Shown: positions 53,517 through 63,709 of the stretch, piece by piece
Layout: each line of letters opens with the position of its first letter
How positions within the stretch are numbered: the first letter of the stretch is position 1
Origin: Nitrospiria bacterium
Lineage (GTDB): Bacteria > Nitrospirota > UBA9217
Reading direction: 5' to 3'
Length of the DNA stretch: 64,000 nucleotides
Assembly (NCBI GenBank): GCA_919902495.1
Contig: CAKKRC010000041.1
Location: forward strand, 30,786 to 94,785
Made by a program: the position numbers and the translations under genes
The notes under the pieces: model-generated
Seen by the model: the letters and a program-made list of their open reading frames with translations, nothing else
Told to the model about the DNA's origin: nothing
Database searches by the model: none

Positions 53517-53610
53517 TCCCCTCCCTTCGATGGGAGGGGACTAAGGGGAGGGTGAAGTATCGGGCGTTCGTGCTCAGCACCCCACCTAACCTCCCCCATC
53601 AAGGGGGAGG
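53517..53610. repeat. two palindromic elements (TCCCCTCCC-N6-GGGAGGGGA; CCTCCCCC-N5-GGGGGAGG)
   Basis: Stems at 53517-53540 and 53590-53610, upstream of glgB. Confidence 0.8.
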
Positions 53611-53750
53611 AACCGCGTTTGCATCCTCTTCATTTCAATTGTAGGGCAAGCAGGAATAAATGACAAGGACTAATAGGAGCAGGACTAAACAAGGAACGGG
53701 CGGCTCGATGCCGCCCGTTCCGGGATTCAATCAAATAGAGCTCGCGGAGA

Positions 53751-54170
53751 TCAGTGCCCGCCGACCTTCAGGAGACCGCTCGCGGCCAGGGACAGGACCA
53801 GCACTTCCATGACCGCAATGACCGCATAGGCGGTATCCTTCTTCCTGATAAGGATCGGCAGGATCACCAGGTAGCACAGGATGGTCAATCCCGACAGCAT
53901 CGCGATGCCGACAAAGTTCAGATAATCGCCCTTCCCCACGAGCGACGCCCAGCCCCAGCCCGTGGGCGCGTGAAGCTTGTCGTTGTAATCGTGGACCCTC
54001 ATGCTCCAGTACTTCGGCAGGTCGTCGATAGGCACATAGCTCGGGAGCACGCCCGAAATGTACACAAAGAAGGTTAATACCAGTACGGCAAGCCCCAGCC
54101 ACATGCCGAAATTGAGGACCTTTGCATACGCCATCTGCTCTTCCGAAGCCTTGGTCTTTTCAGAAGTCAT
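53751..54170 (-). CDS. small integral membrane protein (possibly DUF1634-like partner of TauE)
   Basis: 139 aa with 3-4 TM helices, immediately downstream of the TauE/SafE gene. Confidence 0.45.
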   Translation of the reverse strand: MTSEKTKASEEQMAYAKVLNFGMWLGLAVLVLTFFVYISGVLPSYVPIDDLPKYWSMRVHDYNDKLHAPTGWGWASLVGKGDYLNFVGIAMLSGLTILCYLVILPILIRKKDTAYAVIAVMEVLVLSLAASGLLKVGGH

Positions 54171-54222
54171 GGAAAACCTCCATCATTCGTTTAGAACTGC
54201 TCCTACCGTCACCACGTCCAGA

Positions 54223-55233
54223 CTACTTCCAGATCTCAAGCCCCTTCAGCAGCGACCGCAAGCCCGCAAAGAGCAGGAGGCCTATGACCATCCACTTGAT
54301 CGCCTTGGGCTTCGACTTTGCAAGTATCTTCACGCCGATGATCGAACCCAGCATGATGCCCACCAGCGATGGCACAACGATCATGGGCAGAACCGCGCCC
54401 TGGTTCAGATAGACCCAGGCAGCGGAAGTGTCCGTAATGGAAAGCAGGAACTTGCTTGTCGCCACCGAGATCTTGAGGGGCGCGCCCATCAGGAGGTTCA
54501 GCACGGGGACGTTCGCCCATCCGGCGCCGAGCCCGAACATACCCGCCATGATGCCGATCACGACGAACAGCGCCAGGCCCATCGGCGTCTTATGAACATT
54601 CCACTCAACATCCTTGCCGAGCGACTCTTCGCGGTAGATGCCCATGATCCCGAGGCTCTGAGACAACGCATCCGGCTTCGGCACCACGGGAAAATCCGAT
54701 TTCTTAGCCGTTGCCATGATGACCACGATGAACAGGATGGTGGCGCCAAGGAGCGTATTGATCACATTCGCGGAGAGCGCAAGGCCGATCATGGCGCCGC
54801 CGATCGCGGCTGACGAGGCGATGAGTGCCACGGGAATCGCCAGCCGCAGGCTCGCCAGGTTCCGTTTGAGAAGACCCGGCCCGGCCGCAAGCGCTCCCGC
54901 AAGCGCCACGAGCAGACCGGCGCCCCTCACAAAGTCGATATGGAACGGGAAAAAACCGCCCACGATGGGCACGAAGAGCACACCGCCGCCGACGCCGCCG
55001 AGAACGGCAAGGATGCCCAGAATGAACGTTACAACGAACAGGGAGAGAGGCCAAACCCACCAGGGCGTCGTTGACTTGGGTGCCTCGGGCGCCACGGGGG
55101 CAACGGCATGCATATCAGCATGGCCCTGAACAGCGGGCGCCGCAGGCGCTGAAGATGCAATAGCGACACCACCGGTCATGAGGCCGGCGATAGCGATCGC
55201 CATGATAAATAGGAATGCGAAACGTTGAGTCAT
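54223..55233 (-). CDS. TauE/SafE family anion exporter
   Basis: Polytopic protein with repeated GGVGGGVLFVPI / GLGAGWANVPVL type motifs, plus an N-terminal signal-like extension. Confidence 0.85.
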   Translation of the reverse strand: MTQRFAFLFIMAIAIAGLMTGGVAIASSAPAAPAVQGHADMHAVAPVAPEAPKSTTPWWVWPLSLFVVTFILGILAVLGGVGGGVLFVPIVGGFFPFHIDFVRGAGLLVALAGALAAGPGLLKRNLASLRLAIPVALIASSAAIGGAMIGLALSANVINTLLGATILFIVVIMATAKKSDFPVVPKPDALSQSLGIMGIYREESLGKDVEWNVHKTPMGLALFVVIGIMAGMFGLGAGWANVPVLNLLMGAPLKISVATSKFLLSITDTSAAWVYLNQGAVLPMIVVPSLVGIMLGSIIGVKILAKSKPKAIKWMVIGLLLFAGLRSLLKGLEIWK

Positions 55234-55432
55234 TTCAGGTGCTTATCCTCCTTCACGAGAACTACTACAATGATAGAGATAATATGATTTCAGCAAATGT
55301 CATTGACACGATTCCTACCGCGAACAGCTCGTCATGTTATTATAATGATAGAGATAAATCAAGAAAATATGCAACGATGTCCATTAAATCATTCTTTGGA
55401 GGTATAAAAAACGTTTATGAGGGAGGCTACAC

Positions 55433-55524
55433 CATTCAACGTTCAAGGCTTAAAGTTCAAGGCATGAATCGGTAGTTGGCATAAGACCTTCCTTAAACCT
55501 AAAACATTGAACTTTGAATGATCT
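55433..55524. repeat. hairpin element with tandem-unit arms (GTTCAAGG units)
   Basis: CATTCAACGTTCAAGGCTTAAAGTTCAAGG versus the reverse complement of CCTTCCTTAAACCTAAAACATTGAACTTTGAATG. Abuts the lpxL-family stop codon. Confidence 0.7.
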
Positions 55525-55526
55525 TA

Positions 55527-56435
55527 TCAGTACACCGGCGGGCTTCCCGCAGGACGTGTCTTGAACCGGCGGTATCCCCACAGATACTGCTCCGGATTCT
55601 GACGGACGGCCTTTTCGATCTCTTCATTCATACGGCGTGCGTCCTTCTCCAGGTCGCCGGAAGGAAAATCCACGAGCGGTTCCTCGAATCGGACCTCGAA
55701 TCCCCTTCCCCAGGGCAAGATACGATTGTAGCAGGGAATGACCGCTGCGTTCGTCATCTTCGCTATGCGGCTTAGGGCAGTGACCGTTGCCGCGGGTACG
55801 CCAAAGAAAGGAACAAAGACCGATTCCGCGCTACCAGGGTCCTGGTCAGGCAGATAGTAGAACGGCCTTCCCTCGCGCAGGTGACGAATGAGCGCCTTGA
55901 GGTTCGATTTCCGTTCGAACAGGACAGCCCCGTACCTGGCCCGCTTTTTGAGCATCCGGTCGATGAGCCGGTTTCGCGAAGCACGGTACATGCTGATATA
56001 CAGCCGTTCACTGCTGAGCATGATGCCGCTGATATCGAGCGCGAGGAAATGAGGCGCGAAAACGATGATGCTCTTGCCCGCAGCGATCGCATCGTCATAA
56101 TGATGCCGGTCGCGCATCTTCACCAACCGGCTGAGGCGCGATGCCGACGACCACCAGCCGAGCCCGTAACAGATGATCGATACGCCGAGGGAACGGAAGT
56201 GCCGCCGCACAAGACTGGCCTGCCCCTCCTTCCCGAGTTCAGGGAAGCAGAGGCCGACATTGATGAGGGCGGTCTCCTTGATCTTCGATGGGAACAGGTG
56301 GAAGAAAGCGCCGAGCACACTGCCCAGCACCCAGAGCACCGGCAGGGGCAGTAAGGAGAGAAGACGCATGAATGCGAGCCCCAGCCACGTGGGCCAGTAC
56401 GCGGGGTGATAGAGTGGAAGTTCCTGGAGTCCCAT
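55527..56435 (-). CDS. lipid A lauroyl/myristoyl acyltransferase family protein
   Basis: LpxL/HtrB-like: an N-terminal TM helix and a conserved acyltransferase pattern (FAPHFLALDI...YLPDQD). Confidence 0.85.
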   Translation of the reverse strand: MGLQELPLYHPAYWPTWLGLAFMRLLSLLPLPVLWVLGSVLGAFFHLFPSKIKETALINVGLCFPELGKEGQASLVRRHFRSLGVSIICYGLGWWSSASRLSRLVKMRDRHHYDDAIAAGKSIIVFAPHFLALDISGIMLSSERLYISMYRASRNRLIDRMLKKRARYGAVLFERKSNLKALIRHLREGRPFYYLPDQDPGSAESVFVPFFGVPAATVTALSRIAKMTNAAVIPCYNRILPWGRGFEVRFEEPLVDFPSGDLEKDARRMNEEIEKAVRQNPEQYLWGYRRFKTRPAGSPPVY

Positions 56436-56497
56436 AGATAAGCGGTGCAGAGTCTAACGCAAAAATGAGGTCCGGTCAAGCGGCAAGTTGTAATGCA

Positions 56498-59400
56498 TCA
56501 CGCCAGTATCCGTTCGAATATATTCCGCACTTTCCGGCTTGTCCGCTCGTACTCGTCAAGAAGCATCTTCCCGGCCAAGCCATCATCATCGGCATACCCC
56601 ATCCGTTTCGCAAGGGTCCGGAGCTTGCCCGCGTCACGGGAAAGGAAGCTCGTGGACTGGTTCGCCACGATCCGGAGCCTGCTTTCAAGCCGGCGAAGGA
56701 AAAGATAGGAGTCAATGAGAACACGATGATCGCCGGGAGAGAGCAAACGTTCTTTCTGTAGCGATCGCAACGCGTTCATCGTTCCGGGAACCCTTGCCCG
56801 AACGTGCTTGTTCCCATTCTTAAGCTGGAGATACTGCGCAAGAAACTCGATGTCCACCAGCCCGCCCCTCCCCTGCTTGATATTGTACTGAGATGCGTCT
56901 TCCTTGCCGCGCTCCTCCTGCATCCGCTTCCGCATGGAACGGATGTCCGAAGCCAGCGCGACGGGATCATGATCGCGGTAGATGAGCCCTGGCATCGCTT
57001 CCGAGAATATGCTTCCCACCTTCCGGTCCCCGGCGATGAACCGGGAATTGACCAGCGACTGGCGCTCCCAGGTCTCGGCGCCGGAGGAATAGTAGTTCCT
57101 GAATGCGTCGATGCTCTGGACAAGCGGGCCCTTTGCGCCCGTGGGCCGGAGCCGGGTGTCCACACGGTACGAGAACCCTTCACGGGTCATCGTGGTGAGA
57201 TAGGAGATGGTCTTCTCTGCGATCTTGCTGAAATGTTCGAACACGCTGAGTCCAGGCGGCGGGGTCTCCGCGTTTGATCCATCGTACACGAACAGGATGT
57301 CGAGGTCAGAGCCGTAGATGAGCTCTCTGCCGCCCAGTTTGCCCGCCCCGATGACGGCAAGACCGCCGCATCCCCCCCCTGCCCCGCAGCGTTTTGCGGT
57401 CTCCGTTGCGGCAAGCGCGAGCGCAGCGCTGAGGCAGGCATCGGCAAGCCGGGAAAGTCCCCGGCAGATCGACGGCAGCGGGATGCTCCCCATGAGGTCC
57501 GCCATACCGATGCGCAGTTCCTCGCGGTGTTTGAACCGGCGAAGCGCGTCGAGCTTGTCGGTTATGGTCGCCGCCTTATCGAGCGCCGCGGTAAGCCCCT
57601 TTTCCAGAAATGCGCCGGATCCGAGACCGATCTCCCGGCTCGCGTCCATCAGGTCCTCGATGAGCCCGGGGCTCCTGATCAGCATGCGGGAAAAGTATTC
57701 GCTGTTCCCGAAGATGGAGACCAGGACCTTGAGCGCCCGCACATCCTGCCGCATGAACGCATGGAACGAATCCCACGATCCTTGCGACGCCAGGTAGGAT
57801 TCAAAGTAGTTCAACGCCATATCCGGGTCCGGTGATCGCGCGATCTCCTCGAAGAGCATCGGGAACATCTCGTTGAACACGCGTCTGCTGCGCGGCGTCT
57901 GGTGAACGAAGGCCTGTCCTTCCCGGAGCAGGACGATGTTCCGAAATGCCTTGGACGGGTCCCGAAAACCATACCGCGAAAGGACTGCCACGGCCTCCTG
58001 CTCGCCCAGTTCCGGACCGAGGAGCACGGCAAAATCCGGCCGGGTCGGTTCCTCTTCACGCGTTTCCGAGGTCTGGCTTAATAGATTATCATAGAGACCC
58101 CGCACCTTGAGGGTATGGGAAGCATAATCACGCAGCAGCGTCTCCGCTTCCTGCCCCGGCTCGAGGTATCCCGTGCGCCGTGCAAGGACGCGCAGCTCGG
58201 CCTCGCCCGCGGGAAGGGTCTGGGTCTGGAGGTCGTTCAGTATCTGGAGGCGGTGCTCCACGGTGCGCAGGAACACATAGGCCTTCGAGAGGTCGGCGAC
58301 TTCCTGGTAGGTGAGCAGCCCCTTCTGGGCAAGCGTATGCAGGGCTTTCAGGGAGTTCTTCTCCCGAAGCCCCCGGTCGCGGCCGCCGTAGATGAGCTGA
58401 AGCGACTGGATCAGGAACTCGATCTCCCGGATGCCTCCGTATCCCAGCTTCACGTCGCGGTGGGTCTTTCCCTTCAGCTCGACGTCCCGGTTGATCTTCT
58501 GCTTCATCTCGCGGATCTCGACGATGGCGCTGAAGTCGATGTACTTCCGGTACACGAACGGGGTGATGCGCGTCAGGAATTCCCTGCCGACTGCCTCATC
58601 ACCGGCAACGAAACGCGCCTTGATGAGCGCGGAACGCTCCCACGTCTGGCCCCAGGACTCGTAATAGATCTCGTATCCGCCCAGGCTTTGCGCAAGCGGG
58701 CCGCGCTGCCCTTCCGGCCGAAGCCGCAGGTCAACACGGAACACGAACCCGTCGGCGGTATTCTTGCCGATGGCGGCGCTCAACTTCTCGGCAAGCTTTA
58801 TGAAATACTGATGGTTCGAGATGCGATTCGTCAAGCTCCCGTCAGGCCCAGGCACCCCTTCTGTCTCTCCATCCGCGGTATAGACGTACATGAGATCGAT
58901 GTCGGAACTGAAGTTCAGCTCCTGGCCGCCGAGCTTGCCCATGCCGATGACCGCGAAACCCGCGGGAATGCCGGTGCCATCGGGCTCCTGGACAACCGGC
59001 TTCCCGAACCTGCCGCGAAGCTCTGCGTCGGTCCGTTCGTACGCCGCCTGGAGACAGACCTCAGCAAGGTTCGACAGCTCTCCCACGGTCTCCGTCAGGT
59101 CCGCCTTTCCCAGAAGGTCCCGGAGCCCGATCCGGAGCATCTCCTGCTTCCGGAACCGCCGCAAGGCCCGGAAGAGGTCCTCATCGGCGGTCACTCCCTT
59201 GACAACAGCCGCGAGACGGTCATTGAGCAGTTCCTTGTGGGCAGGATTGGCAAGATACGCTGGATGGCAAAGAAGCTCGAAGGTCTCCGCGGCCGTAGCA
59301 GCGCTATAGTCCGCGAGGAACCTGCTCGCTCCGAACAGGACGATGAGGGCGTTCAGTATGGCCGGTTGTTTGCTTGCTTCCGTGATAAAAAGCGATATCA

Positions 59401-59620
59401 GATCCAGCTCTACCAGAAAGCGCTCCATGCTATTCAGCGCCATGTCCGGATCACCGGTGCGTTTGAGCGCGGCCAAAAGGGACGGAAGGATGAAGGAAAA
59501 GGGATCCGGCCCGATCCGGTCCCTAATCAGGTCGAGGTTCTTCGCCGCCTGCTTCACATCGACGATGCCCGAGGCGGCAATAACAGCAGGATCGAGCGCT
59601 ATTTCATTGTCATTGCTCAC
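56498..59620 (-). CDS. glnE: bifunctional glutamine synthetase adenylyltransferase/adenylyl-removing enzyme
   Basis: 1040 aa with two nucleotidyltransferase modules (GKLGGQELNFSSDIDLMYVY and GKLGGRELIYGSDLDILFVY). Confidence 0.9.
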   Translation of the reverse strand: MSNDNEIALDPAVIAASGIVDVKQAAKNLDLIRDRIGPDPFSFILPSLLAALKRTGDPDMALNSMERFLVELDLISLFITEASKQPAILNALIVLFGASRFLADYSAATAAETFELLCHPAYLANPAHKELLNDRLAAVVKGVTADEDLFRALRRFRKQEMLRIGLRDLLGKADLTETVGELSNLAEVCLQAAYERTDAELRGRFGKPVVQEPDGTGIPAGFAVIGMGKLGGQELNFSSDIDLMYVYTADGETEGVPGPDGSLTNRISNHQYFIKLAEKLSAAIGKNTADGFVFRVDLRLRPEGQRGPLAQSLGGYEIYYESWGQTWERSALIKARFVAGDEAVGREFLTRITPFVYRKYIDFSAIVEIREMKQKINRDVELKGKTHRDVKLGYGGIREIEFLIQSLQLIYGGRDRGLREKNSLKALHTLAQKGLLTYQEVADLSKAYVFLRTVEHRLQILNDLQTQTLPAGEAELRVLARRTGYLEPGQEAETLLRDYASHTLKVRGLYDNLLSQTSETREEEPTRPDFAVLLGPELGEQEAVAVLSRYGFRDPSKAFRNIVLLREGQAFVHQTPRSRRVFNEMFPMLFEEIARSPDPDMALNYFESYLASQGSWDSFHAFMRQDVRALKVLVSIFGNSEYFSRMLIRSPGLIEDLMDASREIGLGSGAFLEKGLTAALDKAATITDKLDALRRFKHREELRIGMADLMGSIPLPSICRGLSRLADACLSAALALAATETAKRCGAGGGCGGLAVIGAGKLGGRELIYGSDLDILFVYDGSNAETPPPGLSVFEHFSKIAEKTISYLTTMTREGFSYRVDTRLRPTGAKGPLVQSIDAFRNYYSSGAETWERQSLVNSRFIAGDRKVGSIFSEAMPGLIYRDHDPVALASDIRSMRKRMQEERGKEDASQYNIKQGRGGLVDIEFLAQYLQLKNGNKHVRARVPGTMNALRSLQKERLLSPGDHRVLIDSYLFLRRLESRLRIVANQSTSFLSRDAGKLRTLAKRMGYADDDGLAGKMLLDEYERTSRKVRNIFERILA

Positions 59621-59682
59621 GTTTTATATTATACTGATAAGCACTTGGTTACACAAGCGAAAGACATTTGACCGTTTCATGC

Positions 59683-60078
59683 ATGAAGGAACTTAAGGAC
59701 AACCAGCGCTGCTATGTCTGCGGGAAGGACAATCCCACCGGGCTTCATGTACCGTTCACCGTTGATCACACGACACGGACCATAACCGGACGGTTCACGC
59801 CCCGGCAGGAGCACGAAGGATGGGAAGGCATCGTCCACGGAGGCATCATCGCCGCGCTTCTGGACGAGGCCATGGTCAAGCTCGCAGCCCATCTCGGCGA
59901 ACCCGCGGTCAGCGCAGAGATCACGGTAAAGTTCAAGGCCCCCGTCGCGTCGGGGGAGGAGATCCTCGTGACGGGAAAGATGATCAAAGAATCCAGCCGG
60001 ATGATCGAAGCTGAGGCAAAGGTGGAAAAAGGGCTGATAGTCGTAGCGGAGGCAAAAGGGAAATTGCTAAGAATCTAA
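59683..60078 (+). CDS. PaaI-family hotdog-fold thioesterase
   Basis: CYVCGKDNPTGLHVPF...VHGGIIAALLDEAM. Start taken at the first ATG (MKELKDNQ). Confidence 0.8.
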   Translation: MKELKDNQRCYVCGKDNPTGLHVPFTVDHTTRTITGRFTPRQEHEGWEGIVHGGIIAALLDEAMVKLAAHLGEPAVSAEITVKFKAPVASGEEILVTGKMIKESSRMIEAEAKVEKGLIVVAEAKGKLLRI

Positions 60079-60094
60079 AGAATATAGCAAATCT

Positions 60095-60221
60095 CACCAC
60101 GGAGGCACAGAGTCACGGAGAAAATACTTTGCTAAGAGTTGTTTATAATGTTCTCATTCGTGTCATTCGTCCCATTCGTGACATTCGTGTTAAGGCTTCG
60201 CATCGTCCCTGACTTTTAATG
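60095..60221 (+). repeat. hairpin element (CACGGAG arm / CATTCGTG arm) with degenerate core
   Basis: Arm CACCACGGAGGCACAGAGTCACGGAGAAAA and arm TTCTCATTCGTGTCATTCGTCCCATTCGTGACATTCGTGTT pair with G-T wobbles on the plus strand. The loop contains TATAAT (60145-60150) upstream of rnr. Confidence 0.7.
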
Positions 60222-60235
60222 TTATACTTTAAACT

Positions 60236-62473
60236 ATGAAACCAACTAAAAAAGACTTCATCACGTTCTTCAAGACCCGCGCAGGCAGGCCCCTCCTGGT
60301 GCGCGAGATCATGCGCCAGTTCAAGCTCAAGGCCGAGGACCGGCATGACCTCAAACATGTCCTGGCGGAACTCATCCGCGAAGGCCAGATCGTCAAGACC
60401 CGCGGGGACCGCTACGGCCTCGCAGAAAAGATGGACCTTGAACCGGGCAGGTTCCAGGGACATGCCTCGGGCTTCGGGTTCGTCATCCCCGAAACGAAGG
60501 GAAAGGCCGATGTCTATGTTGCCGCCACAGGCCGGATGGACGCCATGGACGGGGACAAGGTGATCGTGCGGGTATCTCCGCCGGCAGGCAAAAAGAAAGC
60601 GACGGGCAAGCGGGAAGGCGTCATCATCCGCATCCTGGAGCGCGCGCGCACCAGGATGGTCGGGACCTACGAAGCGAGCGGAACGCAGCGCGGCGGCCTC
60701 GGGTTCGTCGCGCCTACGAACCAGCGGATCACCCAGAACCTTGTGGTCAGCGCCGAGAACGCCGGCGCGGCAAGGCCCGGCGATCTGGTCTCCGCCGAGA
60801 TCGTCACCTACCCCCTGCAGGGCAGGCCTGCCGAAGGCAAGATCATCCGGATCATCGGCAAGCCGGGAGACCCCGGGATCGACTCCGAGCTCATCATCGA
60901 GGAGCACGAACTCCCGGTAGCGTTCACTCACGCGACACTTTCCGAGGCCGGCGCGATCCCCCAGGAAGTGACCCCTGCCCTTCGCAAGGGCCGGCGCGAC
61001 CTGCGGGACCTGCCGACGGTCACGATCGACGGCGAGAAGGCCCGTGACTTCGACGACGCCATCTCCATCGAAAAGATCCGCAGCGGCTGGCGCCTCTGGG
61101 TCCACATCGCAGACGTCGCCCAGTACGTCACAGAAGGGTCGTTCCTCGACCAGGAGGCCTATGAGCGCGGGACCAGCGTCTACCTGCCGGACCGCGCCAT
61201 CCCCATGCTGCCTGAACAGCTCTCGAACGGCATCTGCAGCCTGAACCCGCAGGTGGACCGGCTTACCCTGACCGCCGAGATGGACATCGACGAGCACGGC
61301 AGCATTCTGCGCCACGACATCTACGAAAGCATCATCAACAGCAACGAACGCATGACCTACACGGACGTGCGCCGGATTCTCGCCGACCGTGATGAGCAGG
61401 TGCGGAAGCGCTACGATTCCCTTCTCCCCCGGTTCGAGCTTATGGCAGAGCTCATGGATATCCTGCGCAAGAAACGGTCAAAGCGCGGAAGCATCGACTT
61501 CGACCTTCCCGAGCCCGAGATCATCCTGAACCTCCAGGGACAAATGACCGACATCATCCGGGCGGAGCGCAACATGGCCCACCAGCTCATCGAGGAGTTC
61601 ATGCTTGCGGCCAACGAGACCGTGGCTGGCCACCTCGAGGCGTTGGAGGTCCCGCTCATCTACCGCGTTCACGAAGAACCCGCCGAGGAAAAGCTTGCGG
61701 ACCTCGTGGAGTTCCTGGCGACCATCGGGGTCACGATCCCGATATCGGGAAAAGTGCGTCCCCGCAATATCCAGAAGGCCATTGCCCAGGTGAAGGGCAC
61801 GCCCGAAGAAGGCCTGGTGAACACCGTCGTGCTGCGCACCATGAAGCAGGCGAAATATTCCGAAGAGAACATCGGTCATTTCGGCCTCGCCGCCGAGACC
61901 TATACCCACTTCACCTCGCCGATCCGGCGTTACCCGGACCTTATCGTCCACCGCATTATCAAGGGCGTCATCAAGGGGAAATACAATAGCGAGGAGTCGC
62001 GGGAGGAACTGGCCGAGAGGCTGCCGCCGGCCGCGATCCACTGTTCCCAGCGGGAACGAACGGCCATGGAGGCCGAGCGTGACGTGGTCGCCATGCTGAA
62101 GGTACGCTTCATGGAGGACAAGCTGGGCGAGGTCTATGACGGGATCATCACCGGCGTCACCCAGTTCGGGTTCTTCGTTCAGCTCCGGGACCTCTTCGTC
62201 GAGGGCCTCGTGCACATCTCGTCCCTTGCCGGCGACTATTACCATTATATCGAGAACCGCCACTGTCTCCGCGGTGAGCGCACGAAACGCGTCTACCGCA
62301 TCGGCGATCATGTGCGCGTCCGCGTGGACCGGGTGGACAAGGAACGGAAGAAGATCGATTTTTCACTGATGGACGAGAAGTCTGCCGAAAAGCAGACCAA
62401 GCCTGCCACAGAGCCACAGCGTACACCGAGAAGCAGGGAGGGAAGGAAGGAAGGAAAGAAGGTAGGAAGATAA
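60236..62473 (+). CDS. rnr: ribonuclease R
   Basis: 745 aa with an RNB catalytic domain (TIDGEKARDFDDAIS, YLPDRAIPMLP), a C-terminal S1 domain and a basic tail. Confidence 0.95.
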   Translation: MKPTKKDFITFFKTRAGRPLLVREIMRQFKLKAEDRHDLKHVLAELIREGQIVKTRGDRYGLAEKMDLEPGRFQGHASGFGFVIPETKGKADVYVAATGRMDAMDGDKVIVRVSPPAGKKKATGKREGVIIRILERARTRMVGTYEASGTQRGGLGFVAPTNQRITQNLVVSAENAGAARPGDLVSAEIVTYPLQGRPAEGKIIRIIGKPGDPGIDSELIIEEHELPVAFTHATLSEAGAIPQEVTPALRKGRRDLRDLPTVTIDGEKARDFDDAISIEKIRSGWRLWVHIADVAQYVTEGSFLDQEAYERGTSVYLPDRAIPMLPEQLSNGICSLNPQVDRLTLTAEMDIDEHGSILRHDIYESIINSNERMTYTDVRRILADRDEQVRKRYDSLLPRFELMAELMDILRKKRSKRGSIDFDLPEPEIILNLQGQMTDIIRAERNMAHQLIEEFMLAANETVAGHLEALEVPLIYRVHEEPAEEKLADLVEFLATIGVTIPISGKVRPRNIQKAIAQVKGTPEEGLVNTVVLRTMKQAKYSEENIGHFGLAAETYTHFTSPIRRYPDLIVHRIIKGVIKGKYNSEESREELAERLPPAAIHCSQRERTAMEAERDVVAMLKVRFMEDKLGEVYDGIITGVTQFGFFVQLRDLFVEGLVHISSLAGDYYHYIENRHCLRGERTKRVYRIGDHVRVRVDRVDKERKKIDFSLMDEKSAEKQTKPATEPQRTPRSREGRKEGKKVGR

Positions 62474-62520
62474 GTGAACTAATCCCTTGCTGTCTAATTT
62501 TTTTTCTCATTGGCTCCTTA

Positions 62521-62660
62521 TCGCCGCGTCTCCCCGTCCCCGTGTCACCGTGTCTGCTTTATCCCCTTGTCACCTTGTCGGCTTCCTTCCACTTGTCAGT
62601 TCTTTCCCCGCGTCTCCGCGTCACCGTGTCGCTTAGAAGCGCCTACTTTTGGCCCCGCGT
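62521..62660 (+). repeat. pyrimidine-rich tandem-unit arrays ending in conserved core
   Basis: CGCGTCTCCCCGTCCCCGTGTCACCGTGTC..., CCCCTTGTCACCTTGTCGG..., and CCCCGCGTCTCCGCGTCACCGTGTCGCTTAGAAGCGCCTACTTTTGG (core at 62639-62652). Confidence 0.8.
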
Positions 62661-62668
62661 CCGTCTTA

Positions 62669-63688
62669 TTAAAGCGGTATCGTCGTCTCCCTGTCCTGCT
62701 CGGTAAGTCCCAGACTGTAGGCGAGGACGTTCTGCGGATTCTCAGGGTCATAGAGGCGTGCGTAGGGATCAGCCAGGAGCAGTTCGCGCGCTTTACTCAC
62801 AATGTTCTTTTCATCAAGCCCGACGTTCCTGAGATGGATGCCTTCACTGCTGACGGTGAACACCCGGAACGCGCAGGGATAGGTGACGATGGCCGGATCG
62901 GCGACGTACGTGATGCCGTTCACCGTCTCGACGCGCGACGCGTGATGGTGGCCCGAAATGACCATGCGGACCTTTGGATATTGTTCGAGAAGCACCCGCA
63001 CCGCCGCATGGTTCTTCGTCATCCAGATGGTCCCTTCAGGATTTGAGTCCCCTCTGGTCGTGGGCAACAGCAGCTGGTGGGTCACGATGATGACAAGTTT
63101 CATCTTTCTGTTTGCGTCGAGCTCGTTCGCGAGCCACTTGAGTGACGCGGCGCTTGCCTCTCCGTAGGGTTTCCCGTCCACCGTCACGTCGAATCCGATG
63201 ATCCTGACGCCCTTCTCCGGTTCAACGGACCAGGAGGACCTTCCGGGCGCCACTCCTCTTCCCCGCCATGCCATGAGAAAAGATTCCCTGGTCATCGTTG
63301 AAACGCCCGGTATCGGCGAGACCTCAGCGTTCCCGAGAAGGATGTAATACGGAAGGTCCAGGTGCCTCGTCCATGCCTGAAAAACGGAAAGTGAATCCCG
63401 GTCGCGCGGCCCCGCATGGACCTGGTCACCGCCGAAGATGACGAACTTCAGCTTATGGAGCCTCCCGATCTGCCGCAGGGCATTGATGAACAGCGGGACG
63501 CTCTTTTCCCGATGCTGCCACGTGCTCGTCCCCTTCACGTCGAGATGCAGGTCCGAGATGTGGGCGAAGCTGAACTTCGGGATGTCCGCGGCCTGGGCAA
63601 AGGGGATGAACGTTTCACCCAGGAGCGGCGCTGCTGTGACTGCTGCGCCGGCAAGGGCAAGGCTTCGTATAAAGTCACGTCGATTCAT
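62669..63688 (-). CDS. Tat-exported metallophosphoesterase
   Basis: Twin-arginine signal MNRRDFIRSLALAGAA. HISDLH, GGDQV, GNAE and HH motifs of the calcineurin-like phosphoesterases. Confidence 0.8.
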   Translation of the reverse strand: MNRRDFIRSLALAGAAVTAAPLLGETFIPFAQAADIPKFSFAHISDLHLDVKGTSTWQHREKSVPLFINALRQIGRLHKLKFVIFGGDQVHAGPRDRDSLSVFQAWTRHLDLPYYILLGNAEVSPIPGVSTMTRESFLMAWRGRGVAPGRSSWSVEPEKGVRIIGFDVTVDGKPYGEASAASLKWLANELDANRKMKLVIIVTHQLLLPTTRGDSNPEGTIWMTKNHAAVRVLLEQYPKVRMVISGHHHASRVETVNGITYVADPAIVTYPCAFRVFTVSSEGIHLRNVGLDEKNIVSKARELLLADPYARLYDPENPQNVLAYSLGLTEQDRETTIPL

Positions 63689-63709
63689 GGTGCTATGGCA
63701 GATCCTTGT

